The notes below the pieces were generated by a model. It was not told where the DNA came from. It saw only the letters and a program-made list of their open reading frames with translations, and did not search any database. The position numbers were made by a program, and so were the translations under genes. Of a stretch of 64,000 nt of DNA, positions 1 through 13,595 are shown piece after piece. Source of the stretch: Lytechinus pictus (Eukaryota); contig NC_087251.1 in assembly GCF_037042905.1 (NCBI RefSeq), positions 4,962,001 through 5,026,000 of the forward strand, written 5' to 3'. The first letter of the stretch is position 1. Every line of letters starts with the position of its first letter.

Positions 1-2649
1 CCTTTTTTACACAGAATTGAGATCAGTTTTCTTTCCCTACCATACCACCAATCATCTTCATACAACCATCACCTACCGGATCTCGCTTGCTCTTTTACAT
101 TTTCTTTTCCCATATGTTTGTGCATCGACCAGATGTCCATGTATTGATCTTTTTTTCTGTTCTTGTTAGAAAGAAGAGAGACATAAAAAGAAGAGATAGT
201 GCGCTTTCCTTCCGTTTTTCCCAGCGATAAATTTGCCAAATTCATCGATAAAACCCAGGTCTGACTTTGGCGGTGATGAAGGAAGGCAAACTGTTCCTCC
301 GTGCTATGGCTACAGCTGATGAGGCCGAGAGCGCCCCCGAAGACCCCGGCTATTTCGATGAGAGAAGTTGTCTGTTTACTTTTGAAGACAATCCAGAGCT
401 AGCACCATGGTTATTAGATTAGTTGGCTGCTCGTAATATCAGCCAGATAGCAATGTCGTGGTAATCGTGCGCCTAGGGTATTAAGGGAGGAGAGAAATAG
501 GGAGATGGAGAGAGGTAGACATAACGACGGGACGACATCCTCATGGATGAAAATGATGAGGGAGATTAGAATAGGGCGGAGGAGGATGGGGATGAGCATG
601 ATTAAAGAGATGGAATCTAGGGAAGACAGACGGGAAGGATTTGGGTCGCTCTGATAGGAACGTGACCATAATCTTAATTTCTTCTTTTATTACTCTTTGT
701 TTCTTCTTTCGCCCCTCGTCGTTGTATAAAGCTCGAAAGAAGTTATCCGGAACACGAGTGAAATCCCCCAGTTTTGATTGGCAGGACCATCGTAAAGATG
801 AATGTATGACATAAATGCTTTATTCATAATCAATTCGTGTCCCAAACTTTTAAAACAATTCCAAAAATAAAAAGTGGTCGTTTTATTGACCGTTAAATCA
901 TTAGATTATTCTTGGTCAGGGCAGATTGATTTTCTTACATCTCTTTTCTATGATTAATTAAATTTTCCCATTCATGAAGTTTATCATGGAAGATCACTTC
1001 CTAATTCGTTTCGATGTTTTCTCTTGCTGAAATATTATGGCGAAATGTAATCAATACGAAATATTACAAAGTTGGAAAGTTTACTTTTTCGTATTAAAAC
1101 CAACATCACTGCATAATTTCCTCGCATGAATAAAATGTTTATCTTTTGTTATTGATAATTGAGGAATAATTATGAATTGAACAAATTAATGGAAAATGAA
1201 TTGTGATTTCAACTTTTAAAATAATGAACAATACGATATATAACAAGTTTACATCATGAAACAAAAACATGAAGAAATCCACCCATACACACCCTTACAC
1301 ACCCTACCCACATTCTGCCAGCATCTGTCTGATATTCTTAAAATAATGCTACCGCCCTCTTTTAGCAGACGATCCCATGGGATAACTTCCATCCACGATT
1401 CGATTACTGATAAATGAAAGCATTTCTTTTACACTGGAATAACTCACTTTTCCGACATTTTCATTCAAAAAAATCGTCTAAATATTGACTTATAGCTGAT
1501 AGATCTCGTTCTATCCGTTGATTACCTGCTTGACTAGATAAGTGAGGTCATTATTAGGGATGATATTCGCTATTATGATAAAAATGACTAAACCACAATA
1601 ATGAGAGAAGAGGAAAGGTTCTCTATTGTCTATACCGCGATGAATACCTCTCACAATGAATGCGAGCCAGTGAACATATTCAAAAGGACTTTTTCAAATT
1701 TTAACAAGTTTTGATGCTTTTAACAGCCATTTGTCTGTTATTCCGGCCATTGAGCAGCTAAAATGGAGAAATGTAAAGGAACAATAATAAGAGAACGTGA
1801 ACGCCACTTGTTTCACAGCACCGCGCCTTTTATCAGAAGAAGTGAGAGTATAGGATATTCTGGTTGAAATCTCTAGCGGTATAGGTATACCAAGATCGTC
1901 AGAGCACCCCTAGCTGGCAGCAGGCAGGCAGGTTGGCATGAACGCCACAGACAGACGATCGGTTGCATTGGGGCAAATCAGGCAGAAGACGAAGGAAAGT
2001 GGCGCCGTGGGTTGCCCGTTATACATGCCTCCAAAGTCCCGCTAAACCAGTAAATGAGACCCCTGGGAATACCATCGCTTCCTTTTTAAAAAGAGTTCAG
2101 ACTGATTCCTTTGATCCATCTAAAAACATGTATATAGATGACATGAGTTGATGTCTCTGTCGTATCGTACACAAACGAAACAAAATTAGAGCATCTATTA
2201 AAAAATCAGGCCTTGTGAATTGATGTAACGGCGGTTGATCGTATTCAGCCTATTGTTCATCAAAGTAGAGGATGAATTGGTGTTTACGTCTAACCCTTTT
2301 AAAGCCATTAACTTTTCAAAGGTTTTAATGTCACTTCTTGAAGTAAAGTCATCTCCCTCCCGCTGTGTCTTATAAGAGCTTCTAAAATGGTTGATAAAGA
2401 GTGCACAGCTAGTTTTAACACCATTTCAAGTGCATGTAAAGTACTGTATACTTAAGGTCTGGAATGGACCTTTTAACTTTTTCTTAATATTCTTCATTCG
2501 GATCATTTCTTTTGTCCTTATTTGAAATAAAATTTTGAAAAAAAAAGGATAGTTTCTTGCTGACAATATTCGTTTAATCCCCCCTCACTTCTACGACTCA
2601 ACCACTTTACCTATTCATTTCTCTCTGCCCATATATATATATATATATA

Positions 2650-2789
2650 AGAACAAGACAGAATACGGTACTCGGTAGGCATCCTGACCACAATAGTCTG
2701 TAATTACAGACGCTTCTGACGAAGTCTTATTAAAGACGAAAGCTAAAGCTAAAATGGTGTCCTGCACCATCTTTTGAGTTGGCCTCATC

Positions 2790-2792
<3 letters not shown>
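2650..2792 (+). mobile_element. Short hammerhead-containing element (Penelope-like/retrozyme-like) embedded in a (TA)n microsatellite
   Basis: 143-bp GC-richer segment flanked by (TA)n at 2631-2649 and 2793-2831. It contains the hammerhead, a 16-bp palindrome gtctgtaattacagac (2696-2711) and a hairpin atggtg-tcctg-caccat. Confidence 0.6.
2712..2749 (+). ncRNA. Minimal type I hammerhead ribozyme motif
   Basis: Helix I 5' GCTT (2712-2715); core CTGACGA (2716-2722) plus one extra A; helix II GTCTT-atta-AAGAC (2724-2737); GAAA (2738-2741); palindromic mini helix III AGCT; U16.1-A17 at 2744-2745; helix I 3' AAGC (2746-2749), complementary to GCTT. Confidence 0.75.
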
Positions 2793-2829
<37 letters not shown>

Positions 2830-3509
2830 TACACCTAACTTGTACCTTTTACCTTTCTATCTTTTCTTTTGTTTATTTTCGTATAGATTTTTGCCAGCGT
2901 ATATCCCGACTCTAAATCACTCCATTCAATGAGACAATACCTTGTTTACTTCTTGAATATATCAAGACAATAGAATGTCAACCCACCTTTTTCTTTCCCG
3001 CTTTTTCTTTGAAGAAAGAAGACAAACGATTTTGGATGAGAGAATCCCAAGAGCAAACTAAAGCTCTTACTCCACCCACGAAGTTATTGTTTATCATCAA
3101 TCCCTTACTATCCCTCACTCTCTCACAACTTTACTTTCCTTACCTCAGTTTTACCCCCCCCCCCCACAATATTCCAATAATTGTACTGTCAACATGGCCA
3201 ATACTGTTCATTTACAGTATATCATAGTCATTTATCACATTTTACTTTCTATGTTATTTTCCTTAAGTCATTTTATTGGGGACAATTTTTTTTTAGATAT
3301 CAGTACTGATATTTACTTCACATATACACACCCCTATTATCCACTCAGAACCCTTCTCTCTCTCTTTATTTTTATATTTTTGTGTTTTCATTTAAAATAT
3401 TACAGCCCTCATTTATATAAATATATTCTGGTAATCTTGATAAAAGTTCCTATACTTTCACGACTCATTATACGAACGTAAGTAACTCTTCATACATGTA
3501 CAGAATATT

Positions 3510-3655
3510 ACTATTTTTTCTTTTTAGTTTCCCCCTCTCTCACACCTTTTTCTCTCTCTCCCTCTATTCTCTCCCTTTTCTCTCTCTCCTCCTCTCTCCC
3601 TCTCTCTCTCTCTTTCTCTCTTCTCAATCTTTTCATATTCCCTCCATCCCCACCT
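3510..3655. repeat. CT-rich polypyrimidine low-complexity tract
   Basis: Imperfect (CT)n runs, read directly. Confidence 0.85.
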
Positions 3656-5203
3656 TTCACAAAGTCGCCAGGCATATCTTATACCAAGGTATTAATGACC
3701 CCAACCCAAAGAAAAGTCAAACACTCTTCCTCTTCACCATTCTTTGGAAACTACCCGGTTGTACCAGTCTTAAACAGAGAGACAAAGAACGAAATAAGAA
3801 GAATGCAAAACAATAGCACTCGAGTGTGGCATGGAGGGACCAGATCTTATTGGGTTATCTCCTTTTCTTCTTAACTTTTCAAGAGTGTTTGTTTTCACCT
3901 AGACGACATCGGGACGTGGGAAGAAAAATTTCCTTTTCAAGAGACCTTTAAAAATATGTACCCCTGATGAAATTTATTGAAGGGCAGGCCAAACTGAAAG
4001 GTCGCTTTGAAGGAATACCGCTCCCGAGGTACATACATTATTGAGAAAAATCAAATAGATTTAGAGTAGATAGAATATTCGTATGTATTTTCTGCTAGAG
4101 GAATATCTATTCCTTGCAACTATTCCTTGCAACACACCATTTTACCACACATCCTTTTGATTGCAAGTCAATGTAGTTTAGTAGCTGTACCTGTATTTCT
4201 CATTTTAACATATTTAAGTTTTATCTTTTATAAAACCCTCTCGTCCTAAAAGGCCTAATAGTGCAACAGTTGAAACTAGTTGATATTACTTCCATAGCAT
4301 TTTCAACATCATTTTTAACTCGACGCAAGACAAGAAATCCGCCTCATAATATATAAAATCATCATTAACCTAAGCCCCTTCTCAATAGCTTAAAGATAAT
4401 AAATATCATTCCGAAACGAGCCCATGACAAAGTGAAGCTCAACTAATTCTATTATTGACTTGTGCGTCCATTATCTCACCGGCTATAGAGGATCCCATGG
4501 CCATCAGTGAGCCAATCAACCATAGCTAAATGCATCCGTAATTTCATTAAAACTTCCATGTCCATTAAATGCAATCCTGGGATGAATGAATGCAGATATT
4601 CATTAACGGTTGAAAATCTCGGCTGAATACTTGTATTTCCTCTTTAGTCCTTGTCCGGCATCGCGGAGAAGGGAACATTTTAATGGATGTGATATCATGT
4701 CTTTGTTTTTATTTCATATATATTTAAACCACTTGAACGTGAACCCATTTTTTTTTCATCAAGTATGCGTAAGATTAACGTTTTCAGTTCCATCTGTTTA
4801 TCAACATGTTCCTCTATGTCTCATTCAAGCTCCCATTTGCCCCCAAGTATCTTCTTTAAGATATGAGTACTCAATTCCAACTATTCTTGCTTTTTTCATA
4901 TACTTGTATTTGCATAATTTATATATTTTTGTCATACCAATATGTTAGTAAAATTATGAATTCATGTAAAAAAAAAATCAGAACAACTTAAGTTAAACCA
5001 CGCGTTAGCCTATCTCCTCCTCCCCTTCTCATTACTTTACTATGACTTTTGTTATGAATTGACTCGTTATAATCCATGTGCATATTATTTCTTGCTTTAT
5101 GTTTGTTTATGTATATTCATTTTATGTTGTCCTGAAAACTGTTCATCTCAAACACATAACCTGGGCTCATTGTAATTGTTCACCTTTTTATCAATAAAAG
5201 TGG

Positions 5204-5205
<2 letters not shown>

Positions 5206-5256
<51 letters not shown>

Positions 5257-5405
5257 CATATCTCTTTTTTCCCTCTCTCATTCTTTCTCTCAATCTCTCT
5301 CTCCCTCTCATTCTTCATTCCCGGATATCTTTATATCCTCTTCCCTTTCTATTTCACTACCCTCATCTCAGTCTCCCCTCTCATCTCTCCTCTCTCGTTC
5401 CTCTT
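5206..5405. repeat. (TA)n microsatellite followed by a CT-rich tract
   Basis: (TA)n at about 5206-5252, then imperfect (CT)n. Confidence 0.85.
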
Positions 5406-5566
5406 ATAAATGTAAGTTATTGTACAATTACATATCGCTCCACCGTTTTTTTTTATGTCTTAATCGCATTGTTTTTACTACTTTCAAAAATTAACCGAAA
5501 ACTTGCATGCATTTATTAATTCTTCCCCTCTTTAATGTGTTTCCATTTCTATTCTTCCTATCTTTA

Positions 5567-5630
5567 CTGCGCTATGAGCATTTTTTTTCATGATGGACAC
5601 CGGGGCACTATATATATTTTATTAAGTATT
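5567..5630 (+). mobile_element. Decayed L2-type LINE/SINE 3' tail
   Basis: ctgcgctatgagca...gcactatata followed by an AT-rich tail; resembles the gcgctttgag...gcgctatata terminus typical of L2-clade elements. Confidence 0.35.
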
Positions 5631-8600
5631 GCACGATTTTTTTTTTTGTATTGTATCAACCAACTTTGGTGAGCGAGTTTCATCATTTCATTCTATAATA
5701 ATCTTATTTCCATTCATGTCTTTATTGTGACTTAGATTGCTTGATTAATTAGGGAGTATTTCGAAGTAATACACTCTCCTTGGGAACTGCTCTCATCAAA
5801 TTTTCAAGGAGAAGCCTCAAAGTTATATACTCAATAGATTCGGGCAAATATTTGTTATAATGTCACCTTGTCGATACAATTATTTGCGATATTGAAACTA
5901 ATAATTAGTGTGATGATGTTGATGTAAGTGGTACAGTTTTATTTTTAATTTGAAATATATTTGTACGAGAATATGCAACATAAATTATCTGTCAGAATCT
6001 GCATTTATATGTTGTTATGCCTTGGTGAGATTTTCCATGTTTTCATCTTTAAACCATGTAATCAAGGATTCTCAGTATGATATTTTATCTTGCATCCCCC
6101 TAATTAACATAGGAAAGGTATTTACTGTTATACATAACATCCGTGCTAACGATATGCTTTTGCTATTAGTAGATTAGTATTATTCTCCACTGTTGCTTGC
6201 CAATAAGAAAATCATACATTTAGTTAAGAGTATATCAAGACTTGTAAATTTATTTAGGCAAGAGCAGCACCCACCCACCCCCTTCACTCCGCATCATTCT
6301 ATCATTATTTTATTTGGCAATTATGCAAATACAACTCTCTCTCCCCTCCTCTTCTCCACTCTCTCACTTTCCTTCCCATTCTTTCTTTCCTTTCTATCTC
6401 TCAGCTTCGTTGACATACATGACAATTGCCTCCTCCTTTTTGCATATACCTGGGCGCCAAAAACATATATATATTTCGCGCGGATGGAAAGCTTGAATAA
6501 AATAGTAGGCTGTCGTCTGACTGTATGCATTAGTTTGCCTAGTGGACTGGGCAAATTTATAAATTCAACGAGAGAAGTTTGTTGGGTTAGTAAACACTAA
6601 ATCCAGAATTTGTCGCATATTTTATGTTAATTAATAATGTCGTGGAACTGGGCTGTCGTGTAGACATTCATCTTGGCGTGAAAGATATTTTTTTCACGAC
6701 TTGATGTGATAAAGATCTCGTTTGAAATTAATGACGTTGTGAATAATCAGTCCTTCTTTGAAAATATTCGTCTTCGTCTGAAAAAAAAGGAATAAATGAA
6801 GTATTTTCCCAAAAGTTTGTTTAATTCGTAGAATCAGAGATTCAGCTTAAATTGGTCCATCCATTATTTACTGCGTTATATCAAACATTCCTTCCTTGTA
6901 ATCTGTTTTAGTCCAATTTCCCAGTTATTGTAGGCGCGAAATCAAAAAGCAAAACATATCCAATGTTTGAAATACTGAAGAAGTAAGAAGAAATATACAA
7001 CGTTTGATGGTGTTTATATCAACAGTTTATTAGTATGCGAATAATATATGAAACGATATAACTCTTACCTAGCATGAAAATGTGTACATATCATCAACAT
7101 CAATGTAATATGGGTTTAATTTTCGATAATTTCTGCATTCGGGAATTTAGACAATTATAACATTACGTGCTCAATCCAGATATCATGAGGTATTTTAATT
7201 TTTAACCACATGTATATATGTTTATATATTTCGAATGTCTTCTCACTATAAAACATTTTGTATGTCTTTTAATGACATTTTTTAAGAGACGATTTATTTA
7301 TTATATTCCAGTATAACACATTTTGCATGATAATTCATAGAATACAAAACTAACATAGTTATGATTATTCGATAACCAAAGAGAGATCCATCCTTATGTC
7401 AAACTCAACTCAATGAAATATGGTAAGTTTCCATCAAAATTTGATGTAAAAGGAGCATTTTTGCAAATACATGTTGAAGATTTGCATGGTGTTGTGAGAA
7501 TGTGATATTCATAGAACATTATAAGATACCGTTAGAGAACGGTGTTACCTTTTCTCTTTTTGAAATGTGAAATATCCGAATTAAACTAGACCTTGCATTT
7601 ATAATTTTTACATGCTTGTACAGGTATCACAAAAATTTCCACTAATAGAACCCGGATCCGTTATCATGATTGAAATATATATCAAACAATAATTTGTATT
7701 TTTGTAGAAAATAGATATACGAAATGTGAAATAATTATTTCAAGAATATTTCAACTTTAAAGATCTGTTGTCCCAAACAGTTTACTCTTGAATTATATGT
7801 CGCTGATTCAAATCAAATTGATATCAGGAGGGTGTAATTTTTCCAATCAATTTGTACGACTCTGTATTATAGCAACCACATATATAATTCCTGACGAAGA
7901 CTTAGGTAATAAACTCCTAACGTAGGGCGTCAATATTTTAGTATAATAAATGCTTTATTGGTATAGATTAATTAACAATCATGTTCTTGATAAGAGGAAA
8001 TTTACTTACCTTAAAACCGCTTTTCATTTTCCCCTTTTGAATTTCATTATCTTTTCAGTGTCATATAATTATTTCATTATTCAGTCAATATTCAATACTA
8101 TCATCTTGTTCAGTTAAAATTGTTTAACTTTTATTTTATCTTCGTTTTTTTTGGCCGTGCACATTTTTTTTTTCATTTTTTTTTCATCTTTTTGTTTCAA
8201 GAACTTTGGAGTATTTATCATTAAAGATCTAATTAATTTTAGGACACTTTGTGAATAAACATACTGAAAATTAAATAAGCAAATTCCGTGTAGAATCAAC
8301 AGAATTCGATATTGTTAACTATTGTTTGGAGGAGATTATGACAACGATTCAAGCCATGAAGTGTATAGTCTATCTACCGTTTGCTTGACAAGACTGAGCC
8401 CGAAGCTAACCGCTCCGTCGAAGGCCGCAACTCGCTCAAATTCCCTGCCTCCAGAAGAATGTCGCGACGCCAATTCCAATCTGTGCAAAGGAAATACAAG
8501 AAATGAGGGAAATGATAGTTCATTAACAATAGGTAGACTGATGATTTGAATTAATAACATATTCATTTAATATCGGTACTTTTTAATAGTTTTGATATAA

Positions 8601-10345
8601 TAAGTGTTTAATCGGTTCTCGTTGTTCAAATATTTGTTGCCTAGACTGATAACATTCCCATAGGCCATTACGATAGCAGAAATTACAGATGCTAATAATT
8701 AAAAATATTTTACTATTGCAGGGCGTTGTGAAGGAGAAATCAAAAGTCTTGTTACAGCTAAGGAATTAATAAATACAGCGTCGTATTGAAAGGAGTTATA
8801 AATTTGAAAATATGGTTCAAATTTATATATGTACTGAAACGAATAAGTATATTTTTGCAAATTTTCCAAATAAATCTCTTTTTAAGCATTAACACGCAAA
8901 AAAAGAATAATTTTGAGAAACATTTTCAACTGATAAAATACACATTATTTATTATGTATCTGCGATCATTTCGTCAGAGAATGTAACAAAAGTCTACATC
9001 ATGATCATGATTTTTAAAAATCAGTTAATAGTATGAAACTTTCATAATTATTGATGATAACAGGTTTTTTCGTGATTTTACAGAAATGATTTAATGTCTG
9101 ATTATGAATCTCGTATGTTGACAAAAATATATAAGAAAGAAAGTGACTCAATAGAGCGTTTTCAGAGGAAGTTTAAAATGCTCCCATTTTCATCAAAATG
9201 AACTTTTACACATCTGGCGCACTTTTTGCATAGTCACTCAGCCATTTACAAATAGGAATTTTTATTTTTTTTATGAATTCAAGTTCACCATCAAAATAGG
9301 GAAAGTGGTCAGATGATTAAACCGTTCAAATTGAGTCTGACCTTCGAGCGGACTTCTCCGATTTCATCTAATCCATCAAAAATTCGTTTATGCCTTAGAT
9401 CAAACACTGCACTCTCTCCGTCTCTCACCTATGTCGATTTTTTACCCCAATTACCAAAAATTCGTTAACGCCCTATTGCCGCTCTTTTGTTCCCCAATCG
9501 TTTAAGGTGTCTGCAGGCTTCAACGCAGCTAACTCTCCGTGTAATGTATACCACCTAGCTCCAGCATCTGCAATATAGCGCCAATGCTCACTAAAATAGT
9601 ATTCCTTCCCATGCATTGGCGGAACTACCTCGGCGTGAAATTATTTCACAATTAACAGTATTTTTTTTAAATTCCCATAGCAATTTATTTGAGAACAATG
9701 AGAACAATCAACCAACGGAGGACCTAATACTCTTGTGACTGAAAAAAAAGAAAGACTATAAAACGAGGGCGAAAACGTTTGTCGGGTTTTCATTTCCGCG
9801 TTTCAGCTCCAGTGAATATTCGTGACTTAACAAAAAGGATTAATTCTAGGGGAAATAGATATTAATTCAATTTAAAAATATTTGTTATTTTGCTAGGTAA
9901 TCTACTTCACCTTCAGCAATATGACTGTTTTCGTTTGGCTGGTTGAAATCTCTTAACCTGCACTGTAATTCTTACAAAGATTCACTCGTGTTTATGGTTT
10001 TGATTATTAAGGGAAAGATGAGTTTCCCACGTTTTTTTAATTGTATCTTAACAGTTTAAAATGATTGGATGTAATGAATAAGATTTTATAAATAAGTATG
10101 ATACCAGTCGTATGTTACTTATGAAGATAGTTCCTATAAATGTAATTTTATTGTTCTAGTATAGGATACGTTTAAATGCAAATGTCATAATACTACAGCT
10201 AAATCAGAAGAAGAAACGGTGAAATACTAATTTAACCTTTATATAGGGATTATGCAATCACATTGGTTGAGAATGACGTTTACCTAATGACATAGAAGTA
10301 CATGTTTGCTTATAGTCGTATACATTTTTATGTATTTGCAATAAT

Positions 10346-10863
10346 AGGTCAAGTCTAATTTGACAACATGTTGATTTGGCTAAATAATTAATAGATCGAA
10401 CAAGCATAACGCTGATCATTTGATTAGAATAAGACGTAACACACTAATTTTCGTTGATTTTTTACAAGACAGATAAGGGTAAATGAGAAAATCGTGCACC
10501 TCTATCACACTCTCATTTTTATCATTATTTTATTTTGTAGATTTGACATGAGCGAAATTTTTTATTGAATCACATTATACTTACAGCAATGAAAATTCAA
10601 TGTAATTCCATATCATATTCATGCTTGTAATGCGAAAAAATACACTTTGATATCAAAGAACAGAATATAAAATGAATAGTATGTAGATATCGGTTCCCTC
10701 ATTTGCAAACCGCCTATACTCTTATGCGAATTAATTTAGTGAAACTTTGAAATGTCATAAATTTCTTATTTTACATCCGGTTTGATAACGTTTTCTGTAT
10801 CTTGCTTAATTTTTCTGTAATAACATAAGATAAAGAAAATATATGCTGAGGTGGACTTGGCCT
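10346..10863. mobile_element. Diverged TTAA-AGG (Kolobok/T2-type) MITE related to 37432-38030
   Basis: Starts aggtcaagtc and ends ggtggacttggcct. Retains the family blocks aacaagcataacgctga and gaaactttgaaatgtcataaatttcttattttacatccg. Confidence 0.65.
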
Positions 10864-12282
10864 TAAAGGAGCACTGCACATGTTTTGGATATAGATTTAA
10901 TACAAGAAAACGCCTATAGTTTGGGGAAATCTATCATTATGTAAGTAAGTTTATATTTACGATAATCATATAAAATTTTTGATAGCTAATTATCTATAAT
11001 CTTTCGAGATTGATCTTTAACCCATGATAATCAGGGTGAAAGGAGTTTCTGTTTGAACCCTTTTCTATAATAATAGGCAATACTTCGCTAATAGTGAAAC
11101 GTAAAGACGGTTCATACAGTTTGACTGTATACTTGATGTGATGGCGCTGTCCAGTATAAAAATCTGACCGGAAACCTACTTTCTGATGCTAAAATTAATA
11201 ATGCGGATAGAGACGCCATCTGACCCCCCCCCCCCAAAAAAAAAAAAAATACCCGTTTCGGGTGGTTTGTATGTATCTAAGAATTATGCCACTTGCCACC
11301 TATATAGGCTTACTATACACTCTAAACTATCTATCCAGATGAGAAGAATTACCTTGTCAGAAGGTCACTTAATATAGTTTCAATCAAAATATGACATTTT
11401 TCTTGCAAAAAATCTCTTATATTCATGATATTCAAAAAGGTATTTGAGTAATTTTTCAATTGAAAGAGATGTTAATCAGACAATGTACCTCTTCAATTTG
11501 AGTAGATTGACTCACAGTGTGCAATGCTTTGACATGGAATTAAATTAAAATTCTTAATCAATGGTACTTGTTTTTTTTTTCATTTCACTTTCTTTTTCAG
11601 TTTCGTTTTAAAACAGGTATTGAGAAATATATAAGATTAATAATCATAATATCGTAAACATTGATAAAGAAATTACTTTCCGATTCCTCTATTCTTCGTA
11701 TGTTAGCCTCTTTTAACCATATAATTTGTTTGAAAAGGAGACGGTACTTTATTAATTTATAATATTTACATGAGTTATTTTATGACAGAAATTCTGATAC
11801 AATTATAAATGGACACGGAATTCTCACATGATATTTTCTGACAATTACTTCATATTATATTACTGCTAAGCCCGTATAATTTCCCTGCAAAATGCAATTC
11901 TGACAACTGTTCAGTTAAGTTGCAATTTAGTGACATTGCATTCCTTTAATTTACTTTGTTGGGAACCTATCAATTTAATTCCATACATAACACATAATTT
12001 ATGTTCTTAGGTTTTCTCGTTAACTCATAACAATGTCATATTATTTTTTATCTAAATTGATTATGTAAAATATTTTTTGGCTTGGGCTCAGGTAAAGCAA
12101 GGGAAATTCTGCAATTGGTAGTGACTACTGTTAGTATGGCTTAAAAAAGCCAACATAATACCATATAGCCCATGACCACTGACCATAATGGAGTCAAAAT
12201 AGCTTTGTCACTGAGTCCTATAATGTAATTAAAAATCCATGATAAATATTCAATTTATCATGAACATGTGGTATGTCTGCCT

Positions 12283-12345
12283 CTGTGTGTGTGTGCATGG
12301 GTGTGTGTGTGTGAGAGAGAGAGTGTGTGGGTGCGTGAGTGTGCT
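12283..12345. repeat. Compound (GT)n/(GA)n microsatellite
   Basis: Read directly. Confidence 0.85.
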
Positions 12346-13103
12346 TGTATGTTTTCTTCTGTTTGACCAAACAAGCTAATATAAAACTTGGGGAAATGTA
12401 TTATAATTTTATTCGAATAAGATTTTAAGAATTCAACTGACTCGCCATTCGCAGCCTTACACATATACACACCCTCCTACCCACCCCATTCACCCGCAAA
12501 CACCCTCACACACAGTCCGTGTTCTTTCACCCCCCCCCCCCTGCTCCCTTTCTCTCCCTTTTTCTATATATTTATCGCTTTACCTCTAAACTTATTAAGA
12601 GTTCCCTATGTACTTTTTACCAGGAGTAAAAAATTGGAATATTATTAAAATCTTAAGCATCTCTAAATGGATCTCCATATCGAAGAAGTAGTCTATGAGG
12701 GCTGGGTGAGGGTGGTCGCCACTGCTTGACGTGGAGACCTTGGACCGAAAAGACTCGACAAGGATGCTCATATCCTGTTCAAACAGTCTCAACGTTTACG
12801 TAGCCATCCAAAAATTGCCACTTTTCTCAAATTAAGCCCTCATGTTCTGAAAGCGAATAGATCTTAGATGAGAAGCTCCGGTATGGTTTTATGACACTTT
12901 AGTGAGTGATAATGAGCATAACAAGTACGTGTTTCAACACCCAATGAAACGCACATTAAAATAACCAAACCTATTACAGAAAATTCACGAATCGTTTGCA
13001 GCATTGAAAAGGACGTACTTGTATATGAATTAAAAGTATCGCTTTGTTTTAGTGATGGAGTGTAATCAGAATTTTACAGTTTTCATCATAGCAAGGCACA
13101 ATC

Positions 13104-13595
13104 AGGGGAAGCTATCCCTGGCAAAGATGTAAAGATAGAAAAAAAATATATTGCTGAATGTTTGAGAAAAATCCATCAAATAATAAAAAATGTTTACAAT
13201 TTTGATTATTCGATTTGTGACGTCATATGCGAGCAGCTTTCCCATACTAGTATATCAAATGGTAAAAAAATCAATGAAATTTCATTTTCTCAGGAAATTG
13301 AAAATGTTTTTTACTGTACATTCAGTATATTGATGGACAAATCATTTCACACTCGTTCCTAAAAAGAAAACAAACATAAGTGTCACAACGAACTATGAAG
13401 AAAAATTGAAATTTATGCATTTTACATTACATAACATATGGGACAGCTGCTCGTTTATGACGTCACAAATCCAAAATTTAGAATTCTAATTATTTCCTTA
13501 ATCTTTAATGGATTTTCCTCAAACCTTTACCAATATTTTTAAATTATTTTTTCTGCTATTTTAGAACAAACTTTTCTTCAGTGTGAACTTCTCCT
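13104..13595. mobile_element. TTAA-AGG (Kolobok/T2-type) MITE, second family
   Basis: Right end gtgaacttctcct followed by TTAA (13596-13599); decayed left end aggggaagct. Internal inverted repeat 13212-13238 versus 13445-13471 matches at 25 of 27 positions. Confidence 0.75.

Noticed and set aside
317..350. ctgatgaggccgagagcgcccccgaagac, resembling a textbook hammerhead
   Set aside because: No GAAA adjoins helix II, and helices I and III cannot form.
276..422. 48-aa ORF MKEGKLFLRAMATADEAESAPEDPGYFDERSCLFTFEDNPELAPWLLD
   Set aside because: The composition is protein-like, but it is short, has no recognisable domain and no convincing splice acceptor; such ORFs arise by chance in GC-richer DNA.
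4740..5205. Possible decayed LINE ORF2 C-terminus and 3' UTR
   Set aside because: Only a faint resemblance plus aataaa before (TA)n; too degraded to call without a profile search.
9226..9238. ttgcatagtcac, matching the start of miR-153 (reverse complement near 44969)
   Set aside because: It diverges after 12 nt and has no precursor hairpin.
12595..12792. Minus-strand 65-aa ORF (LFEQDMSILVESFRSK...)
   Set aside because: Non-ATG start, weak splice signals and no recognisable homology.
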